A stretch of DNA of 62,529 bases, the filler included, from Moniliella sp. 'wahieum' (lineage: Eukaryota): assembly GCA_003971905.1 (NCBI GenBank). It is 4 parts of 4 records of this genome, joined end to end, with 100 filler letters (N's around TTAATTAATTAA, not from the genome) between each part and the next. Parts side by side here need not be neighbours in the genome. Positions count along the whole stretch, not along the records: positions 1 to 16,373 come from RSEE01000206.1; positions 16,474 to 34,218 come from RSEE01000207.1; 2 more parts are not named here. The stretch is one strand, 5' to 3'. Within the stretch, counting starts at the first letter, position 1. Each line of letters begins with the position of its first letter. Position numbers and translations under genes: made by a program. Of the stretch, positions 13,503 to 25,100 are shown piece after piece. The notes below the pieces were generated by a model. The model saw only the letters and a list, made by a program, of their open reading frames with translations, was not told the DNA's origin and did not search any database.

Positions 13503-14844
13503 GGGGTGTGCCGGCCGCTGCGCCAGCCGTACCCGCACCTCGTCCAGCAGCTCGAACGAGCTGGCGTCGCGCGCTACTGGGATCGCGTCCCGCCTGAAAG
13601 CACCTTACGGCGCATGTGGTGGCCGCAGCGTGCGCGCGACCCAGGTGACGGGAGGCTGGCGGGGAGCGCGAGCAGCCACTCCGCGGCGGCTGCGTTTGAG
13701 GCCGAGTGCGGGGCCCAGGCGCCCGCAGCAGCGGAACGCCGCAGCAGGCGGAATAGCACGTGCCATGACATAATGCACCGATCGGCCGGCAGCGTGGGTG
13801 TATTTGAGGCAGCGTCTGGTGGGCGCTGCCCCACACGCCCCCGCTAACCCACGCGTCTGCGTGCGCCCTCTCTGACGATTCCCGCCTGCTTTTTGTCCCG
13901 CTGGCCGGGGTACTGCCGTTTGGGAGTGCTGCTGCGGCTGCTCTTCCGCCCACGGCTCCACTCCCGCTCGTTCCACTGCCGATCCCCCTCTCCTGCTCCC
14001 TCCTCCTGGGGCTCCTAGTACTCCTGCCGCCCCCGCTAACCCGCCCTTGTCATCCCAGCTCTAGACATATGTTCCGAAATGGATGGGAAGATTCCGCTCC
14101 TGAATTGGGCGCCAGAGGAGCAAAAGTACCTGGGTAGCCTCCGTGCCCTCTACTGGAAGGATTTGGGTAGAAATCATTCCTCCGGCCGGCCGTCCAAGCC
14201 TGTCACGGGGCGGCCTGGCTGGGTGACCCGTGAGCGCCTACCGCTGACCAACGCTGTAGGCGCCGCTGGCAGCGGCCACCAGATGTTGGTGCGCGCAAAC
14301 AAATAATCCAGCGCCGCCACCGCCACCGCCACCACCGGCACCACCACCACCACCACCGCCACCCCACCCCAAGACTCATCACCACCACCACCACACCACT
14401 TCTTCTGCCACCCCCACTTCACTCACCGCACACACCCATGAACTGACGCACATCGTCCATACCAATGCTTCGTTTAGCGCTAGCAAGCCTCCATGTGCCC
14501 CGTCTCCAATGGTGGGTGTGGCGATGCATGTGATGCATGCCCCCAACAGGGCATGCGTACCGCTAACTCCATGCCAAGTTTTGAGCCAGAACGGATGAGA
14601 GACGGCTGAGATATGGACAATTTGGTACCAGCGGCATACACCAACATCACACCTCCGCCTGCCACGATTAAAGCCTCACCCGCACCGCGGCACGCCTCAT
14701 CCAAGCCTCACGCTGCAGCGTACTCCCTAGACATATGTTGTCAGCATCATTGGTGATTTTCAATTTGAAATCGGCCACCACCTTGTTCCAAAAACCACTA
14801 GGTGAAGAATCGCGAGCCCGGTTGGTGAGAATCGTACAAGGTCT

Positions 14845-15386
14845 GGGTGTTGTGGGTCGGGTTGGGTAGGGTTAGGGATGGGTGGGTGTAACTTCTCAAC
14901 GGTGCGTCCAATGGAAAAACGGAGGCCATATGCTGCATAGAGCGGACGATTTCGTAGCGAGCTATCGTCGAGGCCATCGGAGGGTGGGTGTTGTGGGTCG
15001 GGGTGGTAGGGTTAGGGATGGGTGGGTGTAACTTCTCAACGGTGCGTCGGATGGCGAATCTGAGGCCATATGCTGCATAGAGCGGACGATTTCGTAGCGA
15101 GCTATCGTCGAGGCCATCGGAGGGTGGGTGTTGTGGGTCGGGGGGTAGGGTTAGGGATGGGTGGGTGTAACTTCTCAACGGTGCGTCGGATGGCGAATCT
15201 GAGGCCATATGCTGCATAGAGCGGACGATTTCGTAGCGAGCTATCGTCGAGGCCATCGGAGGGTGGGGTGGGTTGGGTCGGGGTGGTAGGGTTAGGGATG
15301 GGGGGGTGTAACTTTTGAACGGGTGGTCCAATCGAAAACGGAGGGCATATGCTGCATAGAGCGGACGATTTCGTAGCGAGCTATCG
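14845..15386 (+). repeat. ~140-bp tandem repeat x4, each unit carrying a telomere-like GGGTAGGGTTAGGG tract
   Basis: GTTAGGGATG recurs at 14871, 15011, 15150 and 15291; the unit bodies (ATATGCTGCATAGAGCGGACGATTTCGTAGCGAGCTATCG) are near-identical. Confidence 0.93.
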
Positions 15387-16373
15387 CCTCGGCATAACTC
15401 TCTCCCCTTCGGTAGCGAGCTATCGCCTCGGCATAACTCTCTCCCCTTCGGGTAGCGAGCTATCGCCTCGCATAACTCTCTCCCCTTCGGGTAGCGAGCT
15501 ATCGCCTCGGCATAACTCTCTCCCCTTCGGGTAGCGAGCTATCGCCTCGGCATAACTCTCTCCCCTTCGGTAGCGAGCTATCGCCTCGGCATAACTCTCT
15601 CCCCTTCGGGTAGCGAGCTATCGCCTCGGCATAACTCTCTCCCCTTCGGGTAGCGAGCTATCGCCTCGGCATAACTCTCTCCCCTTCGGGTAGCGAGCTA
15701 TCGCCTCGGCTAACTCTCTCCCCTTCGGGTAGCGAGCTATCGCCTCGGCATAACTCTCTCCCCTTCGGGTAGCGAGCTATCGCCTCGGCATAACTCTCTC
15801 CCCTTCGGGTCGAGCTATCGCCTCGGCATAACTCTCTCCTCCCCTTCGGTAGCGAGCTACGCCTCGGCATAACTCTCTCCCCTCGGGTAGCGAGCTATCG
15901 CCTCGGCATAACTCTCTCCCCTTCGGGTAGCGAGCTATCGCCTCGGCATAACTCTCTCCCCTTCGGGTAGCGAGCTATCGCCTCGGCATAACTCTCTCCC
16001 CTTCGGGTAGCGAGCTATCGCCTCGGCATAACTCTCTCCCCTTCGGGTAGCGAGCTATCGCCTCGGCATAACTCTCTCCCCTTCGGGTAGCGAGCTATCG
16101 CCTCGCATAACTCTCTCCCCTTCGGGTAGCGAGCTATCGCCTCGGCATAACTCTCTCCCCTTCGGGTAGCGAGCTATCGCCTCGGCATAACTCTCTCCCC
16201 TTCGGGTAGCGAGCTATCGCCTCGGCATAACCTCTCTCCCCTTCGGGTAGCGAGCTATCGCCTCGCATAACTCTCTCCCCTTCGGGTAGCGAGCTATCGC
16301 CTCGGCATAACTCTCTCCCCTTCGGGTAGCGAGCTATCGCTCGGCATAACCTCTCCCTTCGGGTGCGAGGCTA
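15373..16373 (+). repeat. 40-bp tandem array (~25 copies) running to the contig end
   Basis: Unit GTAGCGAGCTATCGCCTCGGCATAACTCTCTCCCCTTCGG repeated head-to-tail, with mostly single-base indel variants. Confidence 0.97.
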
Positions 16374-16473
16374 NNNNNNNNNNNNNNNNNNNNNNNNNNN
16401 NNNNNNNNNNNNNNNNNTTAATTAATTAANNNNNNNNNNNNNNNNNNNNNNNNNNNNNNNNNNNNNNNNNNNN
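16374..16473. other. Artificial contig linker
   Basis: N44-TTAATTAATTAA-N44; stop codons in all six frames. Confidence 0.98.
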
Positions 16474-16739
16474 CTGCAGCCTGGAAATAAATAGAAATCG
16501 ACACTAGTGTCAAATTGCATTTGTGGCCGTCAAATAATCGATCAGCCATACCAACTGTATCACTGAACATACGTCTAGGTTGGCCTCAAAGACCCACGAC
16601 CGTCGTCGTCATTGTACGCTTCAACATCTATGACAGGTGCTCGGATGCTTCTGTAGTGCATGTACTAGAGTGCATGGAGAGGTAGGCTGAATGATGGTAT
16701 GCATTGCTATGTTCCTATACATGCTTGGTGTTGAAGACA

Positions 16740-16990
16740 GGGAGCAGAGGCGTGGAGATGGGGAGCAGAGGCTTGGGGATGGAGAGCGTGGGTGGAGGGC
16801 GCAGGCTTGGAGATGATGGGCAGAGGTTGGTGGCGAGTACAAGCTTGGGATGACGAGCACAGGCTTGATGGGGAGTGCAGGCTTGGAGATGATGAGCACA
16901 GGCTTGGTGGCGAGCACACGCTTGGGGAGAGAGCGCAGGCTTGGACATGATGAGCACAAGATTGATGGCGAGCGCAAGCTTGGACGCAAC
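16740..16990 (+). repeat. Degenerate short tandem repeat (~21-bp unit, core GCAGGCTTGG)
   Basis: Repeated (GC)AGGCTTGG/AAGCTTGG followed by AGATGATG or TGGCGAG variants. Confidence 0.7.
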
Positions 16991-17544
16991 AGACAGAGCA
17001 CGACGATGTACTTGCACATGGGCTACTCGAGCTTGAGCATGGCCCGGCGAGCGTTGGGATGGGGGCAATGACGAGGGAGAGTGGAAGGATGAGAGGCAGA
17101 ACACTGGTGCAAGAGCGGGTCAGAATGAGGCAGGGTGGCATGGGATGGAATGGGATGGGATGCGTACCGATGCGCTCAGGTTGCACATGGCCAAGGCGGC
17201 GGTTGGGATGAGCATCCCAAGCAGGGTGACAGCAGGGGCAGCCAAGCGAGTGCACATGGGCCGGCGCAGAGCGTCGGACGGGGACGGCATGGCAAGCTGC
17301 ACGGTCTGCTGGGACGGGTGCGAGGCAAGTGGGTACATGGGCGAGACGAGCTTCCAGATGGCCAAGCCAAGCGTCCAGACGGCCCACTCAAGCGCGGCAG
17401 CGGTGGCAGCAGCCGAGACGGTGACCTTGGACGGCCAGGACGCCAGACCGAGGCCAGCAAGCATGCACAACGCCATGCACCATCCCCTGCACCATTCCCT
17501 GCTTCCGCTTGGCCGGCCCGACGGTGGCGATGGCCGAATGAATA

Positions 17545-17600
17545 GTGATGGTGGCCGAGTCAATGGTGGGGATGGCCGAGTCAGTGGTGGGGATGGCCTG
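17545..17600 (+). repeat. 21-bp tandem repeat (2-3 copies)
   Basis: TGGCCGAGTCA(A/G)TGGTGGGGA repeated. Confidence 0.65.
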
Positions 17601-18224
17601 GTCGTGCGTGGGAGGTGGGAGCGCGGCGCTGGGGCGGGTGGGGAGGGCAGGGGGACGTGAGAAAGCCGGCCCGGGACGGGTGGGAGGTGGCTGCAGAGAC
17701 ACAGAAGCTGGGCAGACGACAGAAGCGTGTGGGTCAGCGGAGGCCTGGGGGGTGGCAGATGAGGCGCGGGAAGCGTGAAGTGGAAGATTGGAGGCTCAGA
17801 ACGAGGGGTTTAAACGAGGCAACAGACCTTGGGGGGCGGGCAAAGCCAGCCGGGTTGGGGGGGGGGGGCGTGGTAAGAAACCAACCAGATCCGTCGCCTG
17901 GCCCGTGCATTCATCCGCGCGCTGCTGGCTGAAAATATTAACATTTGCAATTGCACCGATGCACGCGCAGCCTGCGCGGTCAGATTGGCTCGGCCGCCAC
18001 CAAATCGACCAAGCCGCCACCACCACCAACGCATCCACCGCCACACGCCCGTTCTCCATCGCGGTGCATCGTCTTGCGCCCCACGCGTGCGCGTCTGAAA
18101 GAGGACTACCTGGGGCACGCTACGCCACCACTCGTGCTCTGACTCGTCCCAAATTGGGGGGCACCGACGCTGTTTGTTGGGACCGTGCGCCGTCGGGACC
18201 GCACCTGAGGTAATTGGATGTGGT

Positions 18225-18725
18225 GTAACCTCAATCCTGGACCGAATCAAAAGCGCATCATCATTCTTGAAAGCCTTGATTCTGGGCTACGCTACACCGT
18301 TGACAGATCTCTGATTCGTCCAGAATTGGTTGAACGCCGCCAGCATCAACATCGACCATCCGCTGTTTGGACCTAACCTCTGATGTTCACATGTGGTGTG
18401 ACCCCAATCCGGGCCCAATCTGCGTGCCCCTGACCTCCCATGGAAGCCCTGCTTCTGATGCAAGATGTGCATGTATGCAATCTATTGTTTGATGAGGATT
18501 GGTGCTGTGCCGGCACCGTCAACATAGACCCTCATCCGAATCAAGCTAACATCAGATGTTGGGCGTGTGTTCTGACCTCAATGCTGGACCAATCCTGGAG
18601 CGCCTTACCTCCCCTGGAAGCCCTGCTTGTAGTGCACGATGGGGCGCGACGATCTCTGACATCCGACGACAACTGGTGGAGCGGCGGCGCCATCAACACC
18701 CACCTGCCCGTGTTTGGACCTGCTG
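18225..18725 (+). repeat. Degenerate ~174-bp tandem repeat x3
   Basis: CCTCAATxCTGGACC-like motifs at ~18229/18402/18577; TGGAAGCCCTGCTT at ~18441/18615; (C)RTCAACA at ~18344/18518/18691. Confidence 0.65.
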
Positions 18726-20004
18726 TGCACCATCGCTTCAGCTGGAGGACAGATGCAGATGGTAGTCGATGTAGGCCTGCCCTGGTGGAAGGCGAGGGAG
18801 TACGCTGCAGCGGGAGGCTTGGATGAGGCGTGCACTGAGCGGGAGCGGCTGGGATCGATGCATGCTGGGATGAGATGGTGGCGTATGCCGGCGGGACCAA
18901 AATGGCGATATCTCAGCCGTCTCTCATCCGTTCTGGCTCACATTTGGCATGCTACCAACGGTAAGCAAGCACTGTTGGAGGCATGCATCAGATCCTCCAT
19001 CTGCCTCACGATCAGGGGCAACGCGCATAGAGGTGTGCTAGCGCCAAATGAAGCACGGATATGGACGATGCTCACCACGAGACGGCCATGCATGGTGACA
19101 TGGGTGGTGGTGGTGGTGAAAGTGGTGGTGGTGGGGGTGGCGGCGCTGGATTAATGGTTTGCGCACACCAACATCAGATGCGCTGCGCCGGCAGCGCGCA
19201 CAGCGGTGGACAGCGGTCGGATGGCCACAGGCCAGAGTCGGGACTGGACACGGCGCAAGCAGCGTTGGAGGGCCGGCTATATTTGCTCAGGGCAAGCTCA
19301 GCGCACTGGTGTGCACTGTCCTGATCTGCAGCATGCATCGAACCACAGTTGGCATTTGCACCCCCAGGCCCACCCGGCAGTACAGCAGGGCCGCACTTTT
19401 GCAGTGAATCCCAACCGAGCTGGACCGAAGGCCTGAACGTTGAAGGCCTGAGGCCTGGGCGCTGGGCGTTAAGCACTGGCAGCTCAGACTGAGCGCTGGG
19501 CCTGAGGGACGTGCGGGAGCGCGCTGCCAACGATGTACCTGAGCGCACACCCTGCGCCACTGCGTCCTCCTCCGCAGGAGGCCGCCCCCCCCGCTCCGGC
19601 ACGCGGCATCTTGGCAGCAGCTGCAAGCATTGCGCGTCACGCTTTTGCAGCTCCAGGCCAGCCCCGGCGTTCAACATTCAACGCTCACCGGTAACGCACG
19701 TGGATGCGGTCGCCTGTCGGGCGTACCATCGTCACCAAACCGCGGCGTCCACAGCGCGTCGCATGTCACACACCATTGTAACCCACCCTCACACGTACAT
19801 GCAATGCCCATCCGGTGATGCCACCGCGGTTGCACTCTGGCTCCACCCCGCACGGAACATTCCCCGCCCCGGACCCTGTCACATCCGTTGCCGCATGCGG
19901 CGTTAGCGTGTGTCACATGTCACATGGCACATGCCGTGTTAGCGGGCGGCACATGCGGGCTAATTAGTAAGTAGCCCCATGCCGATCCTTTCGAGCTGGC
20001 ACCG

Positions 20005-20195
20005 CCAGGACACTGGCCCCGCACCCAAACTGTCAGAGGTCACCAACCGTCAGGCACCTCCCTTCGCCCTCCGCACGTTTCAGACGGGCCAGCGTAAACT
20101 CTGCATTCCAGGACACAGGCCCCGCGCCCAAACTGTCAGAGGTCACCATCTGTCAGGCGCCACATTTTCGCACTTACACACTGTGGTGCCTGACA
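20005..20195. repeat. Cluster of direct and inverted TGTCAG-containing repeats; possible DNA-transposon end
   Basis: 41-bp direct repeat at 20005 and 20108; 14-bp inverted repeat 20151-20164 / 20182-20195. Confidence 0.55.
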
Positions 20196-21537
20196 TTTTG
20201 CAACCTCTGCAATTCTGAGACGAAAAACGTCATTTTCATAGAGAAAATCGACGGAGTTATGCAGTCCTTCACGTGAATATCTGACTAGGAGGGCCATGAT
20301 CCGACTCCAAGATCAGGTCGCAGACGTCCGCGAAGCCGTAAGTGGGGTAAACGAAATACAACATGAACTCCATAAAGCGCAAAACGGAAAGTTCTTCATG
20401 AGATCATGACGCGGACGGCCACATGTCGCAGGCCACTGCGAGCCAGGATGAAGACGCAGAAAAGCGGACTCGAGATGCTGTTGGCCAAGTCCGCCCTATG
20501 TCTGTATGCCTCCATTTTTCATCTTCAGATGATTAAGGCTGACCACAGCATCTTTTTCCGTTTAAAGGCATTTTGGTTTTGCAGCGCAAGTACATTAAAC
20601 AGCTAGTCATGCGTTCCATGAAGGCTCCTTGGGAAGCGTCTCATCTAGGTGCCTTTGTGCGGTATGTACTATCTATCTTGAATCGCTCGAGACCCAGCTT
20701 TCTCTCTGACAAAAGGAAGAAAAGGAAGGTTGGGTTGAGCAGGAATGGGCCAAAAGTCACGTTGCCAGACCAAGGCCTCCTGGCACCGTTATCGATGCTG
20801 CAACTGATGATAAAGGGTGCCTAGGCAAAGAAGTACGGGCAAGAATAACGCTAGCCATAGCGGTCATCCGCTACGAGATCGTAACTAATGTGCGTATCTT
20901 CAATTGGTTCCTTTCCTCTTCACGGTACATTCTGAACGCTTCTACCCGAACCCACTTGCAGGTGGAGACGCACCACTGGGTAAGTAAGGCCCGCGGGCCC
21001 ACGTTGGGTGTCGTCAGTGTCGCCTCATTTCACAAGAAGGTTGTCAAACACAACCTGGGAGAGTATGACCACAACCTCAACGGCGTGGAGGGCAGGATCC
21101 TTCCGGCGATGCGCATTCCCATCCTCCTTCATCTCTGTCTCGATTTGCTGAATATACAACCAGGTGGAGAAGCTGTCTAACGGACTGTGAAACCAGTGGG
21201 GCATTTCACTGGATGCCATCCCTGAGACTCCGGTGCAACTGTACCCGCTGATCCTCGTCGCAGCGCCTGTGATACTAACCCTTCGAACACATGTGGTGAC
21301 CTGGCACGATATGCAATACCAATCTATCCAAATACCAGATCTTGGTTTAATTATAGGATTAGCCATTATTATTGGATAGTTCCCCATTGGCAAGAATAAA
21401 CGTGTACGCAACAGGAGCAGTCATAGTCCTCGATGTCGACAGTGTCATCGGGAGACATTGATGTCGGGGTACCCGGGGACATCTATGCTATCGTTGGAGA
21501 CCTATTACCCCTATGGTATCACCCACGTCAATGACCC

Positions 21538-21592
21538 CCGACGTCTAAGGCACTCACGACGTCTAAGGCATCCACGACGTCTACGGCATCTT
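21538..21592 (+). repeat. 18-bp tandem repeat x3
   Basis: CGACGTCTAAGGCA(CT/TC)CA repeated. Confidence 0.7.
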
Positions 21593-22144
21593 TGGTAGTG
21601 CTGTCATCGCCGACATATTTGACGTGAACCCTATCATTGATAGGGCGTAACCCTTTGATGTTTTCCCCTTCCCTGATGTCTTTGATACCCTGAGCGAGTC
21701 TCGTATCCATGTCGCCAATGACATCCATTTCGTATCTGACATCATGGACATCACTACCGTCCCCGTCATCGAGAACAGCTGCGTTATTTACTTGATGTCT
21801 ATGACATCAAAGTAAAGGTCCTCAAACTATAACAGTCATGATCGTCATGATAGTCATGGATGTCAGAAAGGGGTCGGTAGTGTAGAGATTTCAATGAAAA
21901 GAGAAAACATGTAACACAAGCAGTGGGGGCAACACAAGAGTGGTGACGACAACGAAGTAGTGACGAATCATAGCAAGAGGGGTTAGCGCTTAGCGCTGTA
22001 TATGTTGGTGGGCAGGTGTCATGTGGACACGATATCTTGGGAGCCTGCGCCCACGCCGGCCGCTGCAATCAAAGCGGGCAACGGAAGCAAAATCCAGCTC
22101 CCAGCTCAAGGCGCATAGCTCAAAGAAGGCGCCTAGCTCGCAGC

Positions 22145-25100
22145 TCATAGCTGCGCTTGAATCAGGTCGTAATAGCGTCCTTGATGGGCCACGAGTTCGT
22201 CGTGCGAGCCCGACTCGACACAGACGCCATCGTCAATCACGTTGATGGTATGAGCGTGGCGGATGGTGGTGAGGCGATGGGCAATGATGCAGGTTGTGCG
22301 ACCGCGAGCGGCGCGGTCGAGCGCCGCTTGGACGGAAGCTTCGGACTCGGTGTCGAGCGCACTGGTTGCCTCGTCCAAAATCAAAATGTCGGGGTTGCGC
22401 ATGAGGGCGCGCGCAATGCACAGCCGTTGCTTTTGTCCGCCGGACAACTGGGCGCCCTTGTACCCAATGTCGGTTTCAAACCCATCCGGCAGGCCACGGA
22501 CAAAGTCGAGAATATGAGCTTCGCGACAAGCTGCCTCGACCTGCTCTTGGGTGACGTCTTCGGGCTTGTTGGCGCCGAGGGACAAGTTCCAAAAGATCGA
22601 GCCCGAGAAGAGGACAGCGTCTTGGCTGACATAGGCCATTCGGCTCCGCAGTTGCTCCAGCGGCACGCTGCGAGCATCGATCCCGTTCAGTCGTACGGCT
22701 CCCTTGCTCGGATCGTAATAGCGCTGTAGCAGAGCCAAGATGGAACTCTTGCCTGACCCGCTGGGTCCGCAAAAGGCCGTCGTCTGTCCTGCCTTGAGGG
22801 TGAGACTGAGGTCTTTGAGGGCCGGATGCTTAGGCCGCATCGGATAGCGCATCTCTACATGATCAAAGGTGATGTCCCCTTGGGGCATGGCGGCCAAGTC
22901 GGCCGGACGGAGAGAGCGGGGAGGAAGGAGGGAGGTACGCGACGCGCGGTGTGCGCTGGGCCCAGGCGGTAAGAGTGCGGAGCGAAGCAAACGCACGTCC
23001 ATAGTCCGGAACATACGTTAAGACCTTACCCGAGGAAAACGCGGCAATAAACGCACCCTCGATCCAGCGTACATCTTGGACAGGCTGAGCTGGCCCGAAG
23101 CGAACAGATGACCACCCCAGAAGAAGCCCAAGGCACAGACAAAGTAGACCAACGAGCTGCCCAGACTAAATCCAAGCGATCCAGCAAGCAAGTACATCGT
23201 CCGACTCTTGTCCGCCTTGGCTCGTGCTGCAAACACGCGCATCGTCTCGGCTTCCCTTCCCAGCGCGGCCACGGTCCGGATGGAATCCATGTTTTCCGCA
23301 ATGTAGCTTGCAGCGCGGTCGAGGGGTTGTTGAGCGCGCGTCTCAAATCCTTGGAGCATGACCACGTTGAGCCATCCCGACACGAGCAACAGCACAACCG
23401 GAGCCAACACCACCACGGCCATCTTCCAGCTCAAGATGAAAGTCATAATCACGCTTCCGAGCACATTGGCGGCGGTATTGAGGACTTGGAACAAGACGGC
23501 ACCGGAAGCGGCAGCGACCGCGGTCGGGTGGTTGGCTACCGCCGAGGTCAGACCGCCGGCCCCTGCGCCTTCCGCATCGAAAAAGCCAATTTCTTGGCGC
23601 AACAACTTGGCCAGCGCATCGGCGCGAATCACGCGGCTCATGCTTTCCGACACGTTTTCCAAAAAGAACGAGGCCAGCAAGGAAACGAAGAGAACGACAA
23701 TGGCCAACACAAAGAACCACAGCGCCCATCGTTCCGTCTCGTGTCGCATCAGATGATTGTTGTCGTGGATACTGAGGGAGCCCACTGCCTTGCCCACCAT
23801 CCACCCACTCACCGGCAACGACGCTCCCACGCCCAAACTCGCCACAAAGCCAATCAGGAACTGCCACGGGTGGAGGGAAATGTAGTAGATCAAGGTGCGG
23901 AATGCGGGCCAGACCCGACATGGGGCAACTGGGCCGGATCCGCTTGCTCCGACGATTCGGGAGCGGGTGCCGGGTCGAGGAGGGGAGCAAACGTAGGTGG
24001 GTGGGTGATGGCGGTGTGGAGTCCAATCGGGGCAGCAAAGCCGTGCTTGTTGGCAGAGGGGTCAGGCAGGATGTGCTTGGTGGACGGGGAGGAGGCAGCG
24101 CGTATCGGCCCGACGGGAAGAGTGGTAGCATCGCTCAACACGACTGTGGCAGTTGGGGTGGCACACTCCGACGCGTTGCCCTCTGCTCGCTCCTTTGTTT
24201 CGTCCAACGGTGTTCCGAGATCCGTGTGCGTAATGGAACGTTGTTGGAGAACCATGTTGCGGTAAACCTGGTTTACCCGCCCTGGCTGCATCAGTTCGTC
24301 GTGGGTGCCCTCATCAACCTTGGAGCCATTGGCGATGACGACAATTTTGTCCGCATTCTTGACCGTTGACAGACGATGCGCGATGACAATGCAGGTCATC
24401 CCGCGCTCCGCCTGTTCCTGCTCCAACATGACCTTGATTTTCTCTTCGGTGGCACTGTCCAGGGCTAGGTAGGGTCAGCACCGCACATTGTCTCATGGCA
24501 TGGCCAGAAAGGGGGAGCACGTACCAGAAGTTGCCTCGTCCAGCAGAAGGACCAGAGGCTGCTTGATGAGCGCACGGGCGATCGCGATGCGTTGCCGCTG
24601 GCCGCCGGAAAGGACACCAGTACGACCACCGGATACTTGTGTGTCCCATCCGTCGGGGAGGTTCTGGACAAACTCGTAGGCCTGTGCTTTGATCAGGGCC
24701 TCCTTCACCTTGGCAGCAACGACTTGCTTCCGTGCAGCGCGATCGGGAGGTGCGTCGGGTGCGCCATCCAAGTCAGGGAAGTATTCCCACTCTGTCCCAG
24801 TCAGCCCGCAGCTACATTCTCAAATACCGAAGCCGTGAAGATCGAAGGGTTTTGCTGGACGACAGCGACTTGGGACCGGAGCCAACGGAGGTTGAGTTGG
24901 CGGACATCGTGATCGCCAAAGAGGACGTGACCACTACCTTGGACCTTGGTTGTTGGTTCGGGCTGCCCCGACAGAGATCGAGAGTCCATTCCATCGTCGC
25001 CTTTCTTTCTGCATCCTGCTGTCCGGGTGAGGAACGCCACCTGCGCCAAAAAGGAGGTGTCTCCTCTTTCTCGCCATCCAGGGCATGCTGTTTCTTCTCT

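Noticed and set aside
15373..16373. CRISPR array
   Set aside because: Units are directly head-to-tail with no unique spacers, no cas genes are present, and the context is eukaryotic.
14845..16373. Hammerhead ribozyme / retrozyme in the tandem units
   Set aside because: A CGAAA and stems exist on the minus strand, but I found no CTGANGA core in either unit.
16374..16473. TTAATTAATTAA palindrome as a biological site (also 34263, 49879)
   Set aside because: Identical N44 flanks at all three sites show an assembly linker.
20400..21800. Gene in the lower-GC stretch downstream of the MDR transporter
   Set aside because: Only short ORFs with no motif I can support.
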